Source: an uncultured Acidobacteriaceae bacterium (GTDB taxonomy: Bacteria; Acidobacteriota; Terriglobia; Terriglobales; Acidobacteriaceae). Taken from it: a stretch of 64,000 bases of DNA. Position 1 is the stretch's first letter. Every line of letters begins with the position of its first letter. The position numbers were made by a program, and so were the translations under genes. Shown piece after piece: positions 44,741 to 52,589 of the stretch. The stretch covers positions 48,387 through 112,386 of the forward strand of contig CAWIKZ010000004.1 in assembly GCA_963836875.1 (NCBI GenBank), in the 5' to 3' direction. Under the pieces are notes generated by a model, which saw only the letters and a program-made list of their open reading frames with translations, was not told the origin of the DNA and did no database searches.

Positions 44741-45871
44741 CTAAGACACGCGATCGCCTTTTCGACGGTGAGACGCGCTGGACTTATCGGTCGGTATTCT
44801 CCCTTGAACGATCAAGGCTTCCTCATGGATATGTTCAAAAAGGTCCCGCGCAAAGCTCTCCGATAGAAGGTTCTTAACGCTAGACCGGACCCTATCCTGG
44901 ATTATGTGTTCCCATCTTTCCGGCTGAAACAACGATATATTGTGGGCCCGTTTCCAGGTCCCTATGTGCCGGACACATTCCATTCGTTTGGCCAGAAGTG
45001 CGATCAGATCGTTGTCAATCGCATCGATTTGTTTTCGCAGAAGCTTTATCTCTTGCGGAAGGCGCGCCGGCCCATCGCAGGACACGTAGCGCAGTTTGTT
45101 AATGAGTCTGCCATATTGGAGCGGAGTCAATTGTTGTCTGGCGTCGCTAAGAGAAGCCGGTGGCGCACAGTGGACCTCAATCATCAGACCGTCAAAAAGA
45201 AAGTCGATCGCCTGTTGCGCCAATGCCATGATGTAATTGCGCGTGCCGCAAATGTGGCTAGGGTCGCATATGAGCGGCAGGTCGGGCAGCCGTCTGCGTA
45301 GCTCGATGGGGATCCTCCAAATAGGCCGATTACGATACAGGTGCTCCCTATAAGTGGAAAAGCCCCGGTGTACCGCCATGATCTTTGTAATTCCGGCTTT
45401 GTTGATTCGTTCGATGGCTCCGATCCATAACTCCAGGTCCGGGTTCATAGGGTTCTTGATCATGACGGGAATGTCCACGCCCCGCAGCGCATCGGCAATC
45501 TCTTGGACCGCGAAAGGACTGGTGGTGGTCCGAGCGCCAATCCACAGAATATCGATCCCAGCTTTCAGACATTCCTCTACATGAGTCGGCTTTGCGGCTT
45601 CTGTAGCCACCGGCAACCCTGCAGCATTCCCCGCCTGTTTTAACCACATCAGCCCTTTCGCCCCAACGCCTTCGAACGAACCGGGACGCGTTCGTGGCTT
45701 CCAGATCCCCCCTCGTATGGCTGTGACTTCGTAGGCTGAGAGCTGCCGGGCCGTCTTCAGCATTTGCTCCTCTGATTCCACACTGCATGGACCGGCGATA
45801 AGGAACTTCTTCCTCACGGGCATGCCCCATTCAGAAAGCGGGTTGATACGCAGATTTGGCTCTGTTGACAT
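44741..45871 (-). CDS. bifunctional 3-deoxy-7-phosphoheptulonate (DAHP) synthase, type I-beta, fused to a C-terminal chorismate mutase
   Basis: ORF 44741..45955; ATG 45871 follows AAGGAGGG. The KDO8PS-like DAHPS core has KFLIAGPCSVES, GGIWKPRTRPGSFEGVG, LICDPSHICG. The C-terminal approx. 90 aa (LRKQIDAIDNDLIALLAKRMECVRHIGTWKRAHNISLFQPERWEHI) match an AroQ-type chorismate mutase. Confidence 0.85.
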   Translation of the reverse strand: MSTEPNLRINPLSEWGMPVRKKFLIAGPCSVESEEQMLKTARQLSAYEVTAIRGGIWKPRTRPGSFEGVGAKGLMWLKQAGNAAGLPVATEAAKPTHVEECLKAGIDILWIGARTTTSPFAVQEIADALRGVDIPVMIKNPMNPDLELWIGAIERINKAGITKIMAVHRGFSTYREHLYRNRPIWRIPIELRRRLPDLPLICDPSHICGTRNYIMALAQQAIDFLFDGLMIEVHCAPPASLSDARQQLTPLQYGRLINKLRYVSCDGPARLPQEIKLLRKQIDAIDNDLIALLAKRMECVRHIGTWKRAHNISLFQPERWEHIIQDRVRSSVKNLLSESFARDLFEHIHEEALIVQGRIPTDKSSASHRRKGDRVS

Positions 45872-46339
45872 GCTAAGTTCCCTCCTTCGCTCCTGTCCCA
45901 GAATTGCAAAGATGGCTGCCGAGGTTTGCCTGAGAGGGCGCGGGATTGTCATCAATCATAAAGGATGCCGTGCGTGGGCCGTGGCACAGAACACAGGATC
46001 AGGCCCACTCTTGAGTGGCTGTGGTGAGGGGAGATATTTTACAGTGGCGGGAAATGGCGGGATTTCGCGGGTTTTGTCGCGCCCGAATTCGGCGAAACTC
46101 GACCTACTTGTGCGGAATTGATTTGCAGTGCCTGGCTGTCGGCAACCGTAACCTATTGAAAAGCCAGCATGGATTTTCGTCCCGGGACCGAGAAATTGGC
46201 AGAGCGTGAAACCCAGGATCCAGTTACGCACTAACTATCTGATTACAAACAGCTTTCATTTGCGGAAAGCTCAGAACTGAGGTACCCAATCAGCGGCAGA
46301 AAAACGGCAGAGATCGAGCTGCGCATTTTGAGGGAGATC

Positions 46340-46612
46340 TTAACTTTCCTCTTGCCCGAGCCCAGCGTGTTTGGCTAGCCTTCCGCGACGACTCGCTGGG
46401 CGGGTTTTTACGTCATGGACTTTGTGGCTTCTAGGAAGGCCGCAAATCCTACAGGTACGAAAGCCAGCAGTTGGCTCGAACGAATGTGGCTTGTCTGACC
46501 CACGCCGTGCCGGCTGCTCTCGCACTTCTGCACCTGGTTTGAAGAGCCAGGCGAGACAACAGAGGGCGGCCACACTCACGATGATGCGCAATATCTTCCC
46601 GCTTGCCCGCAT
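46340..46612 (-). CDS. possible small membrane-anchored hypothetical protein
   Basis: 90-aa ORF with one hydrophobic helix (ILRIIVSVAALCCLAWLF). It lies in the AT-richer island and has no recognisable family, so it could be non-coding. Confidence 0.25.
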   Translation of the reverse strand: MRASGKILRIIVSVAALCCLAWLFKPGAEVREQPARRGSDKPHSFEPTAGFRTCRICGLPRSHKVHDVKTRPASRRGRLAKHAGLGQEES

Positions 46613-46964
46613 CGCTTGGTACCTTCTACTAGAACCCAGCCACTGGCGTTCCTTTCTTCTCCACCGAGCTAGTCAGCCCTTTCCTCGTTTGTCCGTTTTG
46701 GATATTGAGTCTTCGACAGGAGAGCAATGTCAATCCCAGCCTTAGCCCAAAACCACAGGCGCTCCCTGTGGTTCATCAAAACTAAACGCGGCCGAGTCTT
46801 CGATGCAGGAGGCCCTTTCCTTGGAAGGCAGCGCTTTGCATGGCGTGGTCTTCGACCGTTATGAGCATCCCGGAAACGAGAGGGAGAGCTCGACTGTCAG
46901 GATCCGGGCGTGAATCTCCCTCCGATCCTGACAGCGAAGGAGTTTAGTTCGGAGCTGGAAATTG

Positions 46965-48008
46965 TTAGGCCGCGACTGTGTAGCGGTGATGCAGACCACC
47001 GAGTCGCGGCAGAGAGATAACCTTGTGGCCACTCGAATGCGGTGACGCTGCAACTCGACCACCGGGAGTGTTCTTCCCGAGTCCGAGATGAGTCCGGTCC
47101 TCGTGGTAGTAACGGACGTACTCATTCAGCAACCGTCGCAGATGTCTGCGATTCAGCACGATCACATGATCGAGTAAGTCCCGCCGCACACTGCCAACCC
47201 AGCGCTCGGCAATGCCGTTCTGCCAAGGACTGCGGAATGCGGTGCGAATCGGTTGGCTGCCCATCGCCTTCACGGTCGAGACCACATCGGCACTGAACTT
47301 CGCGTCCCGATCAAAGATCAGGAAGCGTTGCGGCTGTTGGCTGTATTCCCAAGTCTCGTGCAACTGCAGGGCAACCCAAAGCGCGTTGGGATTGCGAGTC
47401 ACGTTGCAGTGCAGGATCCGACGCCGGTCGTGGCCGATCACGAAGAAGCAGTACAGAATGCCGAAGGTCACTGTCGGCACCGTGAAAAAGTCCATCGCTG
47501 CGATCGCCTCGCGATGATTACGAAGAAAAATCAGCCAGCGCCTGGCGGGATCGGGAGGTCTTGGGGCTCGCCGAACCCAGCGCGAAACCGTTGGTTCCGA
47601 TAGATCGAAGCCGAGCTTGAGCAACTCGCCGTGAATGCGGGGCGCTCCCCAAGTTGGATTTTCCGCAACCATTTGAAAAATTAAGGCTCGAATCTGTTTG
47701 CTCACCGGCTTTCGACCGCCCCTCGACTTGGCTCTGGAAAGCCATTTCCAATACAGCCGAAAACCGGCACGATGCCAGCCGACAACGGTTCTGGGTGTCA
47801 CCTGGATGAGAGGTTCCTTCCATCGAGCCCAGCACCTTCGCAATACGACCCAGAACAGCTTGTGTGACGCAGTGAGTCGCCGGCGAGGGCGCTGGGCGTG
47901 AAGAGCCAGCAACTGCTGACGCAGGGCAAGATTTTCGAGGATGATATCCTCGCGGGACCTGAATGCACCAACGACCCAGCCGAGGAAGTGCCGGAGCCAT
48001 ACGATCAT
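46965..48008 (-). CDS. DDE (rve/integrase-core) transposase of an IS element (IS481/IS3-superfamily-like)
   Basis: 347 aa and apparently intact. N-terminal ENLALRQQLLAL..RPRR helix, HTH-like FQMVAENPTWGAPRIHGELLKLG, and a catalytic core with DFFTV... / FDRDAKF / SPWQNGIAERW..S.RRDLLDH, tail YYHEDRTHLGLGKNTP. I could not identify the element ends. Confidence 0.8.
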   Translation of the reverse strand: MIVWLRHFLGWVVGAFRSREDIILENLALRQQLLALHAQRPRRRLTASHKLFWVVLRRCWARWKEPLIQVTPRTVVGWHRAGFRLYWKWLSRAKSRGGRKPVSKQIRALIFQMVAENPTWGAPRIHGELLKLGFDLSEPTVSRWVRRAPRPPDPARRWLIFLRNHREAIAAMDFFTVPTVTFGILYCFFVIGHDRRRILHCNVTRNPNALWVALQLHETWEYSQQPQRFLIFDRDAKFSADVVSTVKAMGSQPIRTAFRSPWQNGIAERWVGSVRRDLLDHVIVLNRRHLRRLLNEYVRYYHEDRTHLGLGKNTPGGRVAASPHSSGHKVISLPRLGGLHHRYTVAA

Positions 48009-48403
48009 GCCCAGAATCTTACCGGAACGTTGTCAATCGAGCTTGCTGCCAAGTCATTGATATTGCGGGTGTACGATGTTTTGATGAATGACAGGAGAAG
48101 GCAATCCGAAGAGACTAATCGAGGCTGCAAGTCTCGCCTTTTCAAACCGATCGAATTTCTTGACCATACGGGTAATTGATACGCTCGGCAGGCTGCGGAC
48201 CGCTCAGTTGATGACAACTCCTTCCGCTGTGCAATAACTCTCAAACGGGTAATCCGAGTTTGCCCGAAATACTTGACTCCCCGAAATAACACGTTGCAGC
48301 CGGAGTCGGAGATGCTGCCCCCGAGATTATGCCTTGGCCACCTTCATTCGGAAGTAGTGGCGAAGGATCGTGGAATGCTTCCGAAAGAAGCCGACGGACC
48401 CCA

Positions 48404-50371
48404 CTAATCAGAATCCGCAACCCGCGCCGGCCAATGTTCGGGAACAAGCGCGTGGGAATCGTCGCCCGTCCAGGGTTCAGGCTCCACAAGTGACTGCTGA
48501 AACCGCTCCTCGGGCAGATTCGCGTGCTCCAGCACAATAATCTGAAACTGCCCCTTCAAGTCGTCGCACGCCGTCCATAGTAACTCGAACATTCGTCTGA
48601 CCGCCTCCAAGTCCGCATCAGCATTGACGGTTTCCTGTGTGCCACCGGACAGTGATTTGTACTGCTGAAGCGACGGGAAATATACCTGCGTAGGTTGATC
48701 CAAGACAAGAAAGGCAGGTACTGGGCAGTTCGCAGCGACGAAGTAATAGTGCAGAGCAAGCAGCGAGATTAAGTGGCAACCCAACCAGTTTTGACCGCCA
48801 CCCATCCTCTGCATGGGAATTGGACGTCCCGGGCGGTCCACCACGACAGTGAGGCCGTTGATATCCAACCGGTACGGCCCCTTGTGCTCTAGGTCTAACC
48901 ATTCCGCCCATTTCGTCATTTGGCCGCCGATGCTGTTGAGCGCAGAAGACAAGAGTTCGTCGGAATCGACGTCCAGTAACGCGGTGAGGCGGGCAACCTC
49001 GGCGCTGGCTTCCTTCACCGCCCTCTGTAGCCGTTCATCCGGATGCGACAGTCGGAATGTCTCTAGGTACAGGCTAATGCGCCCGACCACTCGGGCGGCC
49101 CTCGAGTTCGCGTCTCGCAAGGCCTCCCCCGCCTCATCTTCAGCGACGGCCGCTTGCAGTGCAAACTCCGCCTCGGTGATCGTCTGACGCGCAGTATCTC
49201 TTTCCGTTTTCAACGTCTCGATGTATTCAGTCAATCGAGGTTGCTCAGCTTGCACTTGGTCGAGGTCAGTCCTTAAATGCTGTAGGCTCTGAACTATCGA
49301 TGCCACATTTGGGACCTCAGCACCGAGCTCGGCTGCGCACAACGGGCATTGGTGAACGGGCTGATCGGGATCAAAAAGCTCTATGGACCGTAAACGCATG
49401 AACTGTTCACCCGCTTGGCTCGCGTAGCCCTGAGAGTCCTTTTCAAACACCTGCGCCGCTTCGAGCTGCCTGGTGACATGCCTGACACGGTCCCGGCTCT
49501 GATCTACGTTGCGACGTAGCTCAGTGAGCCTCTCCGTCTCTATCGGCGGTGCGGACGGCTTCCACCTCATTACGCCGTCCAACAGGCGAAGCACATCCTC
49601 AAATGACCCTACATCTGGGGCCCCAGTCAAAATTCCTGCCTGCTCAGCCTCCTCAATCAGTGCACGGCCCCTCGTTAACTGATCCGCAGCCACAAACTGC
49701 GCCTCATCCAGGTCACGCTGGGCGACCTTCAGCTTGCGCCGAGCCAATCTCAGATCTTGCTCCACGGCAACCCGCTCTGCACTGACTGTTCCCAAGAAAT
49801 ATGGCAGGGTGTCCTTGATCGCCTGCGGCATGAACTCTTCAACCTGCCGATAGAAAAGAAGATCTTTGTTTGCGATCAGGCTCTGATTCTGGAACAGATA
49901 GTAGTCGGTGTGCTTGACAGTGGCTTCGAGTTGTTCGCGCGTTTGACCCGGCCCAGGAATGTGCAGGTTGGGAGAGATTCCCAAGCGTCTGGATAACTCC
50001 GCCTGCACGCCGTCGTCGTTTGTGTTCGGAGACAGTCTCGAGAGTTCTGGGGGTACCAGTGCGGTGCCGATCTCGATGTATGCTTGGCTCTGGCTCTTGG
50101 CGTTCGCTTTCGGGACTGGTTTTGCAATCAGCACCTCGGTGTCCTCACCAAAGGCGAAGATGACTGCGAACCATGCAACTTTCTCGCGCACTACGCCTTC
50201 GTAAACTCCAAAAGTTGAGTACCCAAGACAGTAATGAATGATCTCAATGACTGACGATTTCCCCGTGAGTGATTTGCCCGTGATGATGTTGACGTCGCCA
50301 TAGTTGAAGTTCAACTCGCGAGTTTCTCCAGTATGGCTATACAGGACGATTGATCGTATCTGCATCGTCAT
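48404..50371 (-). CDS. DUF3732-type SMC/Rad50-like ABC ATPase (ABC-3C system ATPase component)
   Basis: ORF 48404..50386 (GTG). The in-frame ATG 50371 overlaps the upstream stop (ATGA). Walker A VNIITGKSLTGKSSVIEII, a long helical/coiled-coil middle (about residues 200-480), and C-terminal PVPAFLVLDQPTQVYFP (Walker B/D-loop) plus FQIIVLEH. Confidence 0.8.
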   Translation of the reverse strand: MTMQIRSIVLYSHTGETRELNFNYGDVNIITGKSLTGKSSVIEIIHYCLGYSTFGVYEGVVREKVAWFAVIFAFGEDTEVLIAKPVPKANAKSQSQAYIEIGTALVPPELSRLSPNTNDDGVQAELSRRLGISPNLHIPGPGQTREQLEATVKHTDYYLFQNQSLIANKDLLFYRQVEEFMPQAIKDTLPYFLGTVSAERVAVEQDLRLARRKLKVAQRDLDEAQFVAADQLTRGRALIEEAEQAGILTGAPDVGSFEDVLRLLDGVMRWKPSAPPIETERLTELRRNVDQSRDRVRHVTRQLEAAQVFEKDSQGYASQAGEQFMRLRSIELFDPDQPVHQCPLCAAELGAEVPNVASIVQSLQHLRTDLDQVQAEQPRLTEYIETLKTERDTARQTITEAEFALQAAVAEDEAGEALRDANSRAARVVGRISLYLETFRLSHPDERLQRAVKEASAEVARLTALLDVDSDELLSSALNSIGGQMTKWAEWLDLEHKGPYRLDINGLTVVVDRPGRPIPMQRMGGGQNWLGCHLISLLALHYYFVAANCPVPAFLVLDQPTQVYFPSLQQYKSLSGGTQETVNADADLEAVRRMFELLWTACDDLKGQFQIIVLEHANLPEERFQQSLVEPEPWTGDDSHALVPEHWPARVADSD

Positions 50372-50859
50372 GGACGAATTCCCCACATCGCGTAAATCGT
50401 CCGAACGTCGCCTGCACCGCTAAACCAGCGTCCGACGAAATGCGCCTGCTTCAGACACTCTGCTACTTCGGTGTGGGAACCCCAGAGCTTCGGCTGATTG
50501 CCGAGTGGGGGCGCCGTAATGAGTCCAGCCTCGGTGAACGCGAGAAGAGCGCGGGTGCAACCGAAGAGAGTCGCTTCGCGGTAATACGGGACCAAAGCGG
50601 CGCACCGCTGCGCGAATCCGATTCTTACATCCTGATGCTCCTGAAGCCACGGATGCATCTTGGTACTTATTTTCGCAGGGAGCAGTTCCCGAGTGAATTT
50701 ATGAAGGACGATCGGGAGCAACAGAGCCAATAATGGATAAGGAATGCCCTCGGGGTTCTTCTGAACGAATCCCTTTACACATTCCCTCAACAGCAGCGCA
50801 CAGAAGGCCGGGTTCAGCAATGTTGCAACTTCTACCGGACGCTTTGACCACGGTTTCAT
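50368..50859 (-). CDS. ABC-3C 'middle component'-like helical adaptor protein
   Basis: 163 aa, predicted all-alpha (LLNPAFCALLLRECVKGF..., PYPLLALLLPIVLH). Sandwiched with 2-nt and -4-nt junctions between the effector and the ATPase, the signature position of ABC-3C middle components. Confidence 0.6.
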   Translation of the reverse strand: MKPWSKRPVEVATLLNPAFCALLLRECVKGFVQKNPEGIPYPLLALLLPIVLHKFTRELLPAKISTKMHPWLQEHQDVRIGFAQRCAALVPYYREATLFGCTRALLAFTEAGLITAPPLGNQPKLWGSHTEVAECLKQAHFVGRWFSGAGDVRTIYAMWGIRP

Positions 50860-50861
50860 GA

Positions 50862-52049
50862 TTATGTGCCGACGTTACTCGCGACGATAGCGGAAATCCT
50901 TTCCAAGAATTTTGGGTGCCACCAAACCCGGGGCGGAGTCGCGTTTGCAAGGATGTGATAGCTTCCCCGCATAACATAAGCAGCTGCGACGTCGGGCCGG
51001 ATTCGATAATCGGCCTCCAGATCCACCCAGTTGAAGATACTTCTGCCCGCTTCGCGCAATACCTCTTCGCTTGCGCTTTCACTCAGGTCGGCGGCTACCG
51101 CTTCGGCAAATCTCTCCCATTCATCAATCAGAGTCTCTTCGTACTTTTCAATCTTGCCACCTATCAGCAGTTCGTCTTTTGCCCAGCGCGACCGCTGCTC
51201 GAACGCCCGATAATAATCGAGGATCGCCTTCTCGATGCGCTTCAGGCCAACATCAATATCCCGAAGTTGCTTCACGAATGTCCTATCATCCCCGCCTGGA
51301 TCGATGGTGTCTGGTTCCGCCCTCAGAAAGTCGATCGGAAGCGCGCTTGGGCCGAACTGATCTGCGATGCTCCTAACCATGTCCGAAACTTCGAACCCGG
51401 TCACCGGACGAGCATCCTTAGCGAGAAACTGTCCAGCAACTCTCTCGAACCACCACCCCTCGAGCCGTTGCAAAACCGCGGTTCGGTAGTCCCGGTCAAC
51501 GGCAAGTCGAATCTTCTCTTCGATCTTCACACGAACATCAGCGATGTCGGGCGACTTGTCTAGGGTCGAGATAGCGTTGATGAGTCTGGTCCGCTGGTCA
51601 TCGCTGAGCGCGGCAAAGGCTGTAAACGACGCCTGTAATTTCTCGTTCTTAGATTCGCGAGCAACCTTGAGAAGCGCGGCAGTTATACAATCAGCTTCCC
51701 GTTGTGCGTTTGGGCGCAGAAGCGATGCGATTGACCCTTGCGGTGCCGTCCCAGTTGTTACCAGCGTCAAGGTCATCGGAGGGATTGAAATGGCACCGGT
51801 CCTCAGATGATCGCTCCAGATGCGAAGAGTCTTCCAGAGATCAGGCGAAAAATCCGTCAGCACAGCAGCATTAATGTGGTGCTTCGTTTGGACGAGGCCA
51901 GCGGAGCCGGCGGAGCTTTCCACAACAATGTCATCCAGGCTTTCGAGAACCAGTTGCTGATCTTCCGGGCCCTCCAGCAATTGCCAGAGGGCGTACCGAG
52001 CTTGATACCAATATCCAAGCGCCGGCTCTTTCGCAGAGAAATCAGTCAT
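50862..52049 (-). CDS. ABC-3C effector: N-terminal Cap4/DUF4297-like PD-(D/E)xK nuclease + conserved ABC-3C C-terminal domain
   Basis: GYWYQARYALWQLLEG...LVLESLDDIVVES...GLVQTKHH fits the DUF4297/Cap4 endonuclease motif layout (E..DD...E...Q.K). The C-terminal half (FVKQLRDIDV..., YYRAFEQRSRW, AAYVMRGSYHILAN...VWWHPKF) resembles the CTD shared by ABC-3C effectors. Confidence 0.7.
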   Translation of the reverse strand: MTDFSAKEPALGYWYQARYALWQLLEGPEDQQLVLESLDDIVVESSAGSAGLVQTKHHINAAVLTDFSPDLWKTLRIWSDHLRTGAISIPPMTLTLVTTGTAPQGSIASLLRPNAQREADCITAALLKVARESKNEKLQASFTAFAALSDDQRTRLINAISTLDKSPDIADVRVKIEEKIRLAVDRDYRTAVLQRLEGWWFERVAGQFLAKDARPVTGFEVSDMVRSIADQFGPSALPIDFLRAEPDTIDPGGDDRTFVKQLRDIDVGLKRIEKAILDYYRAFEQRSRWAKDELLIGGKIEKYEETLIDEWERFAEAVAADLSESASEEVLREAGRSIFNWVDLEADYRIRPDVAAAYVMRGSYHILANATPPRVWWHPKFLERISAIVASNVGT

Positions 52050-52353
52050 GACTGGTATCAGGCTCGCATCTACAACTAACGCCCAAAGGTTGGGTGAGCA
52101 TTGAGGCCGGGCGTGGCCACCTCTTGCACCACCCGTCGATGCAGTTCGTGGCTAAGTTGCGAAGGTACCAAGGATTCGTTGGCGAAGCAATTGGCGATTG
52201 GTGTTCAAGCGCTGTCGATGAATATATCGGACTCTACAACCGGCCCGATTAACAGCCAGACAGTTATCACGTTTTCATCACAGTTAAGCCCGCATTCTGT
52301 GCCGCGCAGACGAAAAGGCAGATCTTAGCCCGAGGCAAATTGCTGAAAACAAA

Positions 52354-52443
52354 TGGCGGAAGCGTGTGCGAGTCGAACGCACCATTGACATCGAAGATGC
52401 CAATCGCCGGTTTTGAAGACCGCCTGTTCCCGAGCAAGCCTCC
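52354..52443 (-). tRNA. tRNA-like gene with UCA anticodon (candidate tRNA-Sec / non-canonical 'allo-tRNA'-like or decayed selC)
   Basis: Minus strand: GGAGGCTT-GC-TCGGGAACA-GGCGGT-CTTCAAA-ACCGGC-G-ATTGGCATC-TTC-GATGTCAAT-G-GTGCG-TTCGACT-CGCAC-ACGCTTCC-G-CCA. It has an 8-bp acceptor stem, a 5-bp T-stem, a long variable arm, a CUUCAAA loop (anticodon at 52414-52416) and an encoded CCA. The D-arm region is too short for a canonical fold. Confidence 0.55.
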
Positions 52444-52589
52444 GCCCCTTGATCCTGTGGTTGACCTGCCGACACTGCAAAATAATTCAAATTCGCTGCA
52501 AGGCAATTCAAACATTACTGCGATTGAATTCCAACAATTACAGTGGCGCCACGGGAAGTCGCGGCTTCAGCGTGTAAAATCGCAGTCTA

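Noticed and set aside
46040-46075. Possible att-type direct repeat of the tRNA 3' end at the left island border (TGGCGGGAAATGGCGGGA compared with AAATGGCGGAAGCG at 52351).
   Set aside because: Only about 9 nt match, which is too short to distinguish from chance in GC-rich DNA. No integrase gene is present.
46600-48400. Terminal inverted repeats and target-site duplication of the IS carrying the rve transposase.
   Set aside because: I could not find a convincing inverted pair flanking 46965..48008 by eye. The boundaries are left undefined rather than guessed.
52354-52446. Alternative register for the tRNA-like gene: a perfect 8-bp stem GGCGGAGG/CTTCCGCC.
   Set aside because: That register leaves 3 unpaired nt between the T stem and the acceptor strand and loses the CCA end. 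The register starting at GGAGGCTT gives the contiguous 8/5 stacking and G-CCA terminus.
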